The notes: generated by a model not told the origin, from the sequence alone. A stretch of 64,000 nt of DNA from Myxococcales bacterium FL481 (GCA_006508105.1 QKPP01000152.1:15388-79387); one strand, 5' to 3'; shown: positions 45,340 to 54,134, counted from the stretch's first letter. A program made the numbers and translations.

Positions 45340-47901
45340 CTACAAGCGCCGTAGGTTGTCGCGAAAGCCTTTCTTCTGGCCAGGCGTGCGGGCGTGCTCA
45401 ACGGCCTTGGTGTACGCGGCCCGAGCCTCGTCTTTGTGCCCGAATCGCATGTGGCAGTGCCCGAGCATCTCGTGGGCAAATGGATTGGTTGGGTCCACAG
45501 TGACCGCTTGTCCGGCGTGCTCGAGCGCCTCGGCCGATTTCTTGGCCGCCAGTTCGCCGCGGGCCCGCAAGACCCAGGCGTCGGCGTGATACGGCATGGC
45601 GCGACTGATGTCTCGCCCCACCGCAAACGCGGGGATCGGTTTGTCGAGTTCGATGAACAAGCGTACGGCGAGCCGCGCGGCGTCGAGGGCATCCGCGGCC
45701 GGCCCATCGCTGTCTTGGAGCAAGCGCCAGGCGACGCGGGCATGCGCGGCCCCTTTGCCGCGAGCTCCGGTGCGCGCTTCGATGGAGGCCCACTGCAGGT
45801 ACAACAGACCGCGATCGGGCTCGGGTGTGTTGGCCAGGCCGCGGCGCAGGATCGTCTCGGCTTCCTTGCGCTCGTACAGTCGCAGCGCCGCGCGGGAGGC
45901 GAGTACGCGCGCTTCGCTGTCGATCGGATGGCTGGCGATGACTTGGTTCATCGCTTCGAGGGCCGCGGTCAGTGCGGCGCGTGAGCCATCCGCAAGCTGG
46001 CGACGGGCTCGTTCACGGGCCAGCGCCGTCGGATCGGCTCGCAGCTCCTCGGCCCGCTCAAACCAGTGGTCGAGTGCCTCCGACGAGGGTCGGTCGGGAT
46101 GCTCATCAAGTTCGATCGCCAGTCGAATCGCCGCCAGCACCGTGGCCGGCTCGATGCCTCGGCGTTCGACCAGTGGTGCGAGTTGTGCCAGCGCGCGATG
46201 ACGGTGCCCCAGTGAAGCGAGGTAGCGCCCGTAGCGTTCGGCGTACCGGGGCAGGTGCGGGTTGGTCTCGGCCGCCCGTGCGAACAAGTCGAGGGCTTTA
46301 CCCGGCGACTCGGGGGTTCGTTGGCGGTTGCTGTCGTGCAGCATCGCGAGCTGAAGCATGGCCTCCGCGGGCGCTCGCTCGCGTTCCAGCGCCCGTTCCA
46401 GGGCCCGTTGGGCCGCGCGCAGGAGGTCTTTGTCGTCGCCTCGACGCTGCGCCACCACTCGGTACGCCTCGCCGAGCCCCGTCCAGACCCGGGGCGCGAG
46501 CGCCTCTTCCTCAGACAACCCCTCGAGTTTGCGCAACGCCGCGTCGGCGTCGTTCAAATGCAGCTCGACCCGGGCGAGGGCCACTTCGACGTCGAGTCGG
46601 CCGGGAACGAGTTGGTCGGCGCGACGCAGCCACGGTTCGGCCTCGGCCACCCGGCCTTGTTCCACGAGCGCGAGCCCCTGCAGATACGCGACCCGCGGGT
46701 GCTCTTGGGGGAGCTGCGCGAGCGCCTCGAGGCTTTCCATGATCTCGCCGCGGGAGATCAGAATCGCGGCTCCGAGTAGATCTGCTTCGATCGGGGGCAC
46801 GCGGGACGCCTCGATCCACTCGCGGGCCAAGTCGCCGTCGCCGTCGAGAATCGCGAGTTCGAGGGCCAGGTCGCGCCCGAGTCGGTCGCAAGCCGGGAGC
46901 GCTGGCCAGACGCGCTTTAGCCGAGTCAGACTCTGGTCGAAGTCGCCGGAGTAGGCTTGGGCCGCGGCGAGTGCGAGCTCCGCATGGGCTCGGTCACGCG
47001 GCGGCACGTCGTCGCCGGCGGCCAACAGCTGCTCGGCCACCGAGGCCACGCCGCCCACGTGTTGGCGAAAGGTGGCGTTGTAGAGGGCCTCGTCTGCGGC
47101 GAGGCCCATGTGGTCGCGGTGTTGCTCCCGCGCCGCGTCGAGCTCGGCGAGAGCTGCTCCGCGCTCTTTTTGCGCGACGGCGGCGGCGATGGAGACGCGC
47201 CGCAACGCAACGGCACGTGGGGTCTGAGCGAGTTGCTGTTGGAGTTCGGTTCTCGCGGTCGCCAGCGCCTCGCGATCGCGTTGGGCGATGGCCAACAGCG
47301 CGGCCACGTAGGCATGATGACCGGGGGCCAGCGTGCCGCCGCCTTGTTCGACCGCTCGCGTCATCGCGTCCTCCGCGGACTGAAATTCGCCGGCGACCGT
47401 GTGCCACAACGCGATGGCGACGGCGCCGTCGTAGTCGACCGTGTCCCGGTCGAGGCGATCGACGTGTTCGCGGGCGGCGTCCTCGTCGAACCCGAACTCT
47501 GCCCACAATTGCACCGCCAACAAGGCTCGTGCTTCCGCGACCGCCACCGTTTCCGAGCGGTCATGGGCCAGCCGTTCAGCGGCCCGGCGCAAGTTGACCA
47601 CGTTGCCACGCTCGAACTCGGCCGCCGCATCGGCCAGACGAGCGCTCCGCGCTTGCGCCTGGAACAATTGCCAAGCCGCGACGCCAGCCGCGAGCAGTGC
47701 CAGCAGCCCCGCGGCGATGAGGAGGCGGCGACGGACTTGTCGACGATGCTCTTTGCGCCGAATGTCGCCGACGAGGTCGGACGCGGGTTCACGCAAGTCC
47801 GTCCCAGACATGCCGGACTGAGACAGCGGGGGTCGCGGGGGGTCACCGTTGGGCGGCAGCATGCCGACGCGAGGGTACGTGGCATCGAGGCGACAGAACA
47901 C
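45340..47901 (-). CDS. Large TPR-repeat protein with an N-terminal membrane anchor
   Basis: TM span LLIAAGLLALLAAGVAAW after a basic stretch. About 800 aa of TPR-like helical repeats, ending with HEMLGHCHMRFGHKDEARAAYTKAVEH. GTG start at 47901 is uncertain. Confidence 0.8.
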   Translation of the reverse strand: MFCRLDATYPRVGMLPPNGDPPRPPLSQSGMSGTDLREPASDLVGDIRRKEHRRQVRRRLLIAAGLLALLAAGVAAWQLFQAQARSARLADAAAEFERGNVVNLRRAAERLAHDRSETVAVAEARALLAVQLWAEFGFDEDAAREHVDRLDRDTVDYDGAVAIALWHTVAGEFQSAEDAMTRAVEQGGGTLAPGHHAYVAALLAIAQRDREALATARTELQQQLAQTPRAVALRRVSIAAAVAQKERGAALAELDAAREQHRDHMGLAADEALYNATFRQHVGGVASVAEQLLAAGDDVPPRDRAHAELALAAAQAYSGDFDQSLTRLKRVWPALPACDRLGRDLALELAILDGDGDLAREWIEASRVPPIEADLLGAAILISRGEIMESLEALAQLPQEHPRVAYLQGLALVEQGRVAEAEPWLRRADQLVPGRLDVEVALARVELHLNDADAALRKLEGLSEEEALAPRVWTGLGEAYRVVAQRRGDDKDLLRAAQRALERALERERAPAEAMLQLAMLHDSNRQRTPESPGKALDLFARAAETNPHLPRYAERYGRYLASLGHRHRALAQLAPLVERRGIEPATVLAAIRLAIELDEHPDRPSSEALDHWFERAEELRADPTALARERARRQLADGSRAALTAALEAMNQVIASHPIDSEARVLASRAALRLYERKEAETILRRGLANTPEPDRGLLYLQWASIEARTGARGKGAAHARVAWRLLQDSDGPAADALDAARLAVRLFIELDKPIPAFAVGRDISRAMPYHADAWVLRARGELAAKKSAEALEHAGQAVTVDPTNPFAHEMLGHCHMRFGHKDEARAAYTKAVEHARTPGQKKGFRDNLRRL

Positions 47902-47916
47902 CTCACCGCAGGGGCG

Positions 47917-48489
47917 CTAGGGACCAGGCGCCTGAGACGCAGGAAGGATCTGGTCCCCCGAGCGGTCACGCGTGCTCTCAACCACGCCGGTTTCAGCGTC
48001 GGTTTCGCCGCCGATGCCGTGCATGCGTCGAAACTCGGCGAGACCGGGGAGGTAGGGATGTTGCTCGGCGTCGCGGCTCGGCACGAACGTCAGCGGCTCG
48101 CCCGACGCGACGCGCTCATCGACGAGCAGCCAGGCGCCTTCGTGCCACTGCCAGGCTTGCACGAGCACGGTGGTCTCGACCACCAACCGACGTTCGGTAT
48201 GCCACTGCATCGCCACGCGGGATTCCGCCGTGCCGCGCTCGCGGTTGATGCCCAATCGGGTGAGCTCGTAGTCGACGATGACCACGTCGCGGGCGAGGCG
48301 TTCGTGCTCGTCGAGGAACGCTTCGATCCACGGCGCCGGAACGTGCCGCGCTGCGAGATCGTAGTCCGCCCAGCGCAGCGCCTTGTTGTAGGCGCGCGAG
48401 GTGTCGTAAAGCTTCGATTGCATCCCGTCTGCGGATGCGCACGCGCTGGCGAGGGCCAACGCACCGACGAGGCCGAGGCGAGCGAGCAT
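47917..48489 (-). CDS. Hypothetical lipoprotein
   Basis: MLARLGLVGALALASAC (lipobox). 190 aa with no motif. Confidence 0.7.
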   Translation of the reverse strand: MLARLGLVGALALASACASADGMQSKLYDTSRAYNKALRWADYDLAARHVPAPWIEAFLDEHERLARDVVIVDYELTRLGINRERGTAESRVAMQWHTERRLVVETTVLVQAWQWHEGAWLLVDERVASGEPLTFVPSRDAEQHPYLPGLAEFRRMHGIGGETDAETGVVESTRDRSGDQILPASQAPGP

Positions 48490-48588
48490 GGATCGACGCT
48501 GACGTGGTCTCGCGGCCGACGCAACTTTCGGGCCGATCGGCGTCCGATCGCGAGGAAGGCCGCCGATCGAGGTCGCGCGTCGACGCGG

Positions 48589-49833
48589 TCAGGGTCGGCG
48601 GCCGGCGATGACGCGCGGTATGCCGGCGAGGTCGCGGCGGACGTCCACATCGACGAACCCGGCGTCCCGCAACAAAGCCTCGGTGGCGGTCGCTTGGTCG
48701 ATGCCGATCTCGAGTACGACCCACCCGTGGCGCGCCAACGCGTGGCGATCGCGAATCTGCTGCAGCAGGCGTCGCACGAGGCTCAAGCCGTCCGGGCCAC
48801 CGTCAAGCGCGACCCGAGGCTCGTGGCGCGCAACCTCGGGTTGCAGCTGGTCGAGCTCTGATTGCGGGATGTAGGGGAGATTGGCCGCAATCGCGGAAAA
48901 ACCGCCGTCTGGGACGGGTACGCGGGCCAGCAGGTCACTTCGCACCAGTTCGATGTCGAGCTTGCATCGGCTCGCATTCGCGCGAGCGACCTCGATCGCG
49001 TCCGGCGACACGTCGCAAGCCACGATCTGCCAGCGCGGGCGGGCGTGCTTGAGTGCCAACGCGATCGCGCCCGAGCCCGTGCCGACGTCGAGTACAACGG
49101 CGGCACGCCGCTCCTCACTCGTGTGGGTTGCAGCGCGCGGGCCCGCCGGCGTGTCGGCGGCCGGACTCGGCCCGGGGAGCGGCGCCGCGGCGGCGGGCGG
49201 ACTCGTCGCCCACCCGGGTGCGGCCCCGTCCTCGGCGCGCTCCGCTGGTTGGTCTGCGTGCGCTCGTGCGGCCAATCCCGCATCGGCGGCGGACATCGTC
49301 TCGCTCTCGTCGTCGAAGGGGACTGGCTCTGGGTCGAGCACCACCACGGTCTCGCCGAGGTTCGTCGGATCGATCGGCTCGTCGTCGAGCACGATCTCGT
49401 GCTCGAGTACTTCGTGACGCGAGGAGGTCTCGGTGGTGTCGGTGGGGCGACGAGCGTCGGTCGTGCCGATTTGTTCGAGTACCCAGTCCACCAGGTGCTC
49501 CGTCTCCGGGCGCGGCACCAACACCCGGTGGTCCACGACGAGGTCGAGGTCGAGAGCATGGAAGCCGCGCGAGCCTTCGATGTAGGCGACCGGTTCTCGG
49601 GTCAGGCGGCGGCGTACGAAGTCGCGGAACCGGGCCCGAGGCTCGTCGCCGACGAGTCGATCACTGTCGAGAAGTAAATCGATACGCGAGCAGCCGAGCG
49701 CGTGGGCGAGAAGATGCTGGGCATCCGCGCTCGGCGACTCGATTCCGGCTTGAGCGAACCGTTCGGTGGTCCACGCCAACAGCTCGCGTCGGGTCCACGA
49801 TGTCGGCCTCGACGGGCGGTCGGCGGTAGGCAC
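48589..49833 (-). CDS. prmC: Release-factor glutamine N5-methyltransferase (PrmC/HemK-like) with a large insertion
   Basis: GTG start. N-domain EPVAYIEGSRGFHALDLDLVVDHRVLVPRPETEHLV. SAM loop VLDVGTGSGAIALAL. Catalytic tetrapeptide reads NLPY (aat ctc ccc tac, 48871-48882). EPRVALDGGPDGL. About 120 aa of acidic/Pro-rich insert (nt ~49099-49464). Confidence 0.85.
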   Translation of the reverse strand: MPTADRPSRPTSWTRRELLAWTTERFAQAGIESPSADAQHLLAHALGCSRIDLLLDSDRLVGDEPRARFRDFVRRRLTREPVAYIEGSRGFHALDLDLVVDHRVLVPRPETEHLVDWVLEQIGTTDARRPTDTTETSSRHEVLEHEIVLDDEPIDPTNLGETVVVLDPEPVPFDDESETMSAADAGLAARAHADQPAERAEDGAAPGWATSPPAAAAPLPGPSPAADTPAGPRAATHTSEERRAAVVLDVGTGSGAIALALKHARPRWQIVACDVSPDAIEVARANASRCKLDIELVRSDLLARVPVPDGGFSAIAANLPYIPQSELDQLQPEVARHEPRVALDGGPDGLSLVRRLLQQIRDRHALARHGWVVLEIGIDQATATEALLRDAGFVDVDVRRDLAGIPRVIAGRRP

Positions 49834-50074
49834 GGCGCCCTACGAACCACAGATTGGGCCGCGACGGAAGTCGGTGGGTGGTGAGTTCGGCGCTGTCGTC
49901 GGGACGGCCACCGGGGTCCAGCATCCGTTGAGCGTGCACGGCTCGGCCGCGCCGCGGATGGCTCCGGCCGAAATCGGAGACTGCCTACCAGAGCCCACAT
50001 TTCCCACTTGGTGGGAGATGTGGTGAAGGTTATGGTCGAACCTCAGCCCGGCCTGAGCCGGGCCGTCCAAGCCG

Positions 50075-50965
50075 ATGGCTGTCACCGATCCCGAACGTTC
50101 ATTTGTCGCGCGGCCCCCCGGCCGGCCGTGGTGGCCCGCTCGGTGGTTGTTGTGGGCGCTGGTGTGGGCGGGAGTCGTCGCAGGTGGGTTGGCCGGAGAC
50201 CAGGTGGCGTCGAGATCTGCGCAATTTTCGCAAGTCGAAGCCACGACGCTGGCGCAAGGGTCGGGAGTGCAGCTCAAGTCGCGCCCGCCGCTCGACTCGC
50301 GGGGGACGGAGCGGCCTTCGGCGCGGGCGATCGCGGCCGAACCGGTCCGTGCGCCGCTCATCGTCGTGCGTGCGCTTGGTCCAGTCCCGGCCGACCAGCT
50401 GCGGCTCACCTGTCGCTCGCTGGAGATCAGACTCCCTGTGCGGTGTGAGATCCGAACGGCACCCGGCGCGGCTGAGTTCGCGGAGGCTTGGGTGGCGTCG
50501 CGCTCGCAGTACGACGGTCGGGTGATGCTGGAGAAAATCTTCGCCGACCGCGATGTCGATGCCCACGTGGAGCTACTGCTCACCACCCGCGACATCTACG
50601 AGCAAAACAAAGCGTATGTGTTCGGTCTCGCCAACTTGCGGGATCGGGTGGCGGTGATCTCGACCGCTCGGATCGAGGATGGGAGCGCCCGATCCCGCCG
50701 TCGCCTGGTCAAGCTCGTCCACCACGAGGTGGGACATACGTTCGGCCTCGGACACCATCACCACGAAGACTGTGTGATGCGCACCGATGGCACGCCGACG
50801 TCGCTAGACACCGCCCCGGTAGCGCCCTGTGAGCGCTGCCGGTCCGCCCTCCTCACGCGAATCAATCGGCTGGCCGGACGTGAGGCGTTGGTTCGGGATC
50901 GCGCTCGCGCGCATCGGGAGCGTGGCGAGATCGCGCTGGCCCAAGCCTGGTTAGACCGGCTGTAG
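50075..50965 (+). CDS. Archaemetzincin-like zinc metallopeptidase (M54-like) with an N-terminal TM anchor
   Basis: TM span WWPARWLLWALVWAGVVAGGLA. HEVGHTFGLGHHHHEDCVM (HExxHxxGxxH followed by Cys), then APCERC as a second Cys pair. Confidence 0.8.
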   Translation: MAVTDPERSFVARPPGRPWWPARWLLWALVWAGVVAGGLAGDQVASRSAQFSQVEATTLAQGSGVQLKSRPPLDSRGTERPSARAIAAEPVRAPLIVVRALGPVPADQLRLTCRSLEIRLPVRCEIRTAPGAAEFAEAWVASRSQYDGRVMLEKIFADRDVDAHVELLLTTRDIYEQNKAYVFGLANLRDRVAVISTARIEDGSARSRRRLVKLVHHEVGHTFGLGHHHHEDCVMRTDGTPTSLDTAPVAPCERCRSALLTRINRLAGREALVRDRARAHRERGEIALAQAWLDRL

Positions 50966-51108
50966 GTCGGCGTACGGGCGCGTGGCAACCGCCACGTTGA
51001 TCATTTCGTCACGGACGCTCGCCGCGGAGGTTGCGGTGACCACGATGCATCCGGCCGTTCTCGCGCTGCCGTTGCGGCGGTGAGGGACTCGCTCGAGCTG
51101 CCCGACAG

Positions 51109-51124
51109 TTGAACGTGCGTTAAA
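51109..51124. promoter_or_regulatory. Imperfect 16-bp palindrome in an AT-richer patch upstream of the His-rich gene (candidate operator)
   Basis: ttgaacgtgcgttaaa: 12 of 16 positions are self-complementary by hand. It lies 35 nt upstream of ATG 51159. No known regulator consensus was recognised. Confidence 0.2.
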
Positions 51125-51158
51125 CTATCTAGGCCGAGGCCCTTTGGAGACCACCGCC

Positions 51159-51503
51159 ATGGATTGCAACAAGCACGACAACCACGTTCACAACCACGGC
51201 CCCGATTGCGGGCACACCGCCATCCGACACGGAGACCACATCTGCTACCTGCACGACGGTCACCTGCACCGTGTCCACGAGGATCACGTGGACGAGTGCC
51301 GCATCGAGGTCGACGAACGCAACCCCGACACGTGCACGTTGGGGCACGACTGTGGGGGCCACGAGGCCGACCACGTTCATGGGCCGGGTTGTGGTCACGA
51401 GCCCGTGCCGCATGGCGACCATATCGACTATCTGGTCGACGGCCATTTACACCACGTCCACGACGGCCACTGCGACAATCACGGGCCCGTCGAGGTGGTC
51501 TAG
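51159..51503 (+). CDS. His/Cys-rich metal-binding protein with two internal repeats (114 aa)
   Basis: ggaga 8 nt before ATG 51159. Repeat 1: HNHGPDCGHTAIRHGDHICYLHDGHLHRVHEDHVDEC. Repeat 2: HVHGPGCGHEPVPHGDHIDYLVDGHLHHVHDGHCDNH. Confidence 0.75.
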   Translation: MDCNKHDNHVHNHGPDCGHTAIRHGDHICYLHDGHLHRVHEDHVDECRIEVDERNPDTCTLGHDCGGHEADHVHGPGCGHEPVPHGDHIDYLVDGHLHHVHDGHCDNHGPVEVV

Positions 51504-51589
51504 CGCGAGGCGTCGGCGCGCCGGTTGATCCCGCGCGGCGCGTCGAACCGGGAGGGCGGTCTGGGGGCCGGGTCGCGTGGCGGCGGGCG

Positions 51590-51716
51590 TGGCCAAGATG
51601 TCGAGCTCCACCAGCTCAAGTGCGAGGTCTAGGTGGGACGCGAGGTACTGCACCTTGTGGCAGTTCCCCGAGGGGACCGTGGACACGTACAGTTTGACGG
51701 GCGCAGACGGGATCAC
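51590..51716 (-). pseudogene. Glutathione S-transferase N-terminal remnant (about 42 codons)
   Basis: The first 42 codons of track ORF 51447..51716 read VIPSAPVKLYVSTVPSGNCHKVQYLASHLDLALELVELDILA. This matches the GST N-terminal pattern (MKLY..p.SGNCyKV.llL..LgL.ye...vDil). No frame continues with a GST-like sequence after that point. Confidence 0.4.
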
Positions 51717-51762
51717 GCCGGGAGACTAGCGCGCCGGGAGGCGGGGGGCCGCTGCGTGGGAC

Positions 51763-52353
51763 TCAGGGTTCGGTGATGCGGCGTTCAAGCTCGGCTTGAG
51801 CCGCGTCGTCCTCCCCCACAATTCGGGCCACGACGATGCCACGCCGATCCAGCAGGACGGCGGTCGGCAGGCGTTCAAGGCCCAGGCGGGCTGCGGCTGC
51901 GGACTGCGGGTCGAACGCGATGGCCAAGCTGAGGTCGAGCTCGAGATCTAGCTGGCGCGCGTGGCCGTCGTCGACGACGGCGATGACGTCGACTCGCTCG
52001 TGGTGGCGTTGAGCGAGGGCTTGGACAAAATCGCGAAAGGCGTCTTGGGTGGACACGAACGGGGCGAAGAAGACCAACAGCTGGCGGTTTTGCGCGGGGC
52101 CGATGTCCACCGTGCCGCCCGTGTACAGCGCGAGCGTCAGATCTAGCTGGGCCCCGATGGCCGCCCGCCCCGATGGTTCGGCGTGGTCGCGAGACGCTGA
52201 CGGGGGGTCATTGACGGCGGGCGCGGTCGGGCCCGTGGTTCGGCAAGCGCTCGCCGCGAGAGCCGTCCACGCGCACGCGAGACGGCGGATCCTCGCACGG
52301 CGCCGCGCTGAGGGCCGGCCGGAGACGGCGATCACGACGGGCGACCACGCCAT
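51763..52353 (-). CDS. Thioredoxin-fold (TlpA-like) lipoprotein lacking the CxxC motif
   Basis: Lipobox WTALAASAC. LLVFFAPFVSTQDAFRDF sits where redoxins have FWA(S/T)WCxxC. C-terminal LPTAVLLDRRGIVVARIVG is typical of TlpA/ResA. Confidence 0.7.
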   Translation of the reverse strand: MAWSPVVIAVSGRPSARRRARIRRLACAWTALAASACRTTGPTAPAVNDPPSASRDHAEPSGRAAIGAQLDLTLALYTGGTVDIGPAQNRQLLVFFAPFVSTQDAFRDFVQALAQRHHERVDVIAVVDDGHARQLDLELDLSLAIAFDPQSAAAARLGLERLPTAVLLDRRGIVVARIVGEDDAAQAELERRITEP

Positions 52354-52363
52354 CGCGGTGCGG

Positions 52364-53389
52364 TCAACTGGCGTGCACGGTCTCGACCATCAGTTTCGCC
52401 AGCGCCGGTTCGGTGTGCCGCGAGATGCCGTGACCGAGGTTGAAGATATGGGCTTTGGCGTGGCGCCCCGCTTCGAGGACATCGAGCACGCGGCGTCGAA
52501 TCGTGTCGGGATTCGACAGCAGCACCATCGGGTCGAGGTTGCCTTGGACCACTCGGCCTGGGCCGATTTGCCGAATCGCGTCGTCGAGCTCGATGGACCA
52601 GTCGATGCCGATGACATCGGCCTCGGTGGTGGCGATCTGCTCGAGCAACGCCGCGTTGCCTCTCGCGAACATGATGACGGGCACGCCGGCGGTGCGCACT
52701 CGGTCGATAAGCTGACGCACGTGCGGGAGGATGTGCGTGCGGTAGTCGCGAGGGGTGACCGCGGCGGCCCAGCTGTCGAAGATCTGGATGGCGTCGGCGC
52801 CGGCTCGCACCTGGCCGAGCAGGTACTTGGCCAACAGATCGGTCATGGACTCGAGCAGGCGACCAAACACGGCCGGTTCGCTGAACATTAGACGTTTCGT
52901 GTGCTCGAAGTCGCGGCTGGAGCCGCCTTCGATGAGGTAGCTCAACGTCGTGAGCGGGGCGCCGCAAAAACCGATGAGCGGCACTCGATTGGCTAGCGCG
53001 CGTTTGCAGGCGGCCACGGCATCGAACACATACCCGAGTTCCGCGTCGGGGTCGCCGAACCGCAACTTGGCGATGTCATCGTGGGTGCGGACAGGCGTGG
53101 TAATGGTCGGTCCCGGGCGAAACTCCACCACGACGTCCATGGCGTCGAACACCACCAAGATGTCCGAAAACAAGATCGCGGCGTCGACATCGAGGTAGTC
53201 GATCGGCTGGAGCGTGACCTCTGCGCACCGCTCGGGACTGCGGCACAGCTCGAGAAACGAGAGTTCGCGGCGGACCGCTCGGTACTCGGGCATGTAGCGA
53301 CCGGCTTGTCGCATGAGCCACACCGGTGTGCGAGCGGGTCGCTCACCGCGGCAAGCCGCCAGGAAGCTGGAGTTGAGCAGGGTCGCCAT
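52364..53389 (-). CDS. hemE: Uroporphyrinogen decarboxylase
   Basis: RTPVWLMRQAGRYMPEYR, ILFSDILV, IGFCGAP, QIFDSWA, NLGHGI. This is the full HemE motif set. Confidence 0.95.
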   Translation of the reverse strand: MATLLNSSFLAACRGERPARTPVWLMRQAGRYMPEYRAVRRELSFLELCRSPERCAEVTLQPIDYLDVDAAILFSDILVVFDAMDVVVEFRPGPTITTPVRTHDDIAKLRFGDPDAELGYVFDAVAACKRALANRVPLIGFCGAPLTTLSYLIEGGSSRDFEHTKRLMFSEPAVFGRLLESMTDLLAKYLLGQVRAGADAIQIFDSWAAAVTPRDYRTHILPHVRQLIDRVRTAGVPVIMFARGNAALLEQIATTEADVIGIDWSIELDDAIRQIGPGRVVQGNLDPMVLLSNPDTIRRRVLDVLEAGRHAKAHIFNLGHGISRHTEPALAKLMVETVHAS

Positions 53390-53401
53390 CGCGTCGCACG
53401 G

Positions 53402-53965
53402 CTAGTACCAGGTAAATCGCGCACCCAGCAACACGCTGTGTCGCGCGTCGACCGGGTCGCCTGGAACCGCTCGCAAGTCGTAGCGTGCGCCCAGATCCAT
53501 GGCCACGGTCTGGTTCACCCACAGCTCGTAACCGCCGCCCACGTTGCCGCCCATCGCGGCCGACAGGGAGTCGTCGGTCGGGACCGCGGCGACGCCCAAG
53601 CCGGCGCGCAGATAAAACCCGCGCCAGACGAAACCGGTTGCCTCCAGATCGCCGAGCAGACCCAAGCTCTGGTGGGGGGCGAAGTAACGCACCAGTCCGA
53701 AGTTGCCCCCGAGCAAGAGGCGCTGATTGACGCCGCCGCCGATGTGAAAGGTTCCGGCCACGCCGGGCATGAAGCCGTCCTCGGCCGGAAACTGGGCACC
53801 AAAGAGCAGTCCCGGTCCGAGGTACAGGCCTCGTCGATCGCGGGCGCCCTCGATCTCGATGCCCTGCGATCCGGTGACGGAGGCATGTACCGGAGAGGAA
53901 ACCCCGCCGGCGGACACCCCGACGGCGAGAGCGAGACCCGATAGAAGGCGGCGGTGACCAGGCAT
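53402..53965 (-). CDS. Small outer-membrane beta-barrel protein
   Basis: Signal peptide MPGHRRLLSGLALAVGVSAGGVSSPVHA. Gly/aromatic alternating strands. C-terminal HSVLLGARFTWY. Confidence 0.75.
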   Translation of the reverse strand: MPGHRRLLSGLALAVGVSAGGVSSPVHASVTGSQGIEIEGARDRRGLYLGPGLLFGAQFPAEDGFMPGVAGTFHIGGGVNQRLLLGGNFGLVRYFAPHQSLGLLGDLEATGFVWRGFYLRAGLGVAAVPTDDSLSAAMGGNVGGGYELWVNQTVAMDLGARYDLRAVPGDPVDARHSVLLGARFTWY

Positions 53966-54134
53966 GCCCCGACCTTAGCGGGACCTTTTCGCCAAGCGTA
54001 GTGATGTCCGCCACGGCGGATCCATGCCGCGAAACGCCGATAGCTGCGCGGTCGATCCGCGGACCCGATGTCGCGGGCGAGTCGAGGCGCCGGGGGACGC
54101 CGCGTCGACAGCGCGCCGTTCCGCTTGCGGTCGT

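Noticed and set aside
51447-51589. The 3' two-thirds of track ORF 51447..51716(-)
   Set aside because: After the GST-like 42 codons the sequence turns Pro/Arg/Ala-rich and overlaps the His-rich gene's 3' end. Only the remnant is annotated.
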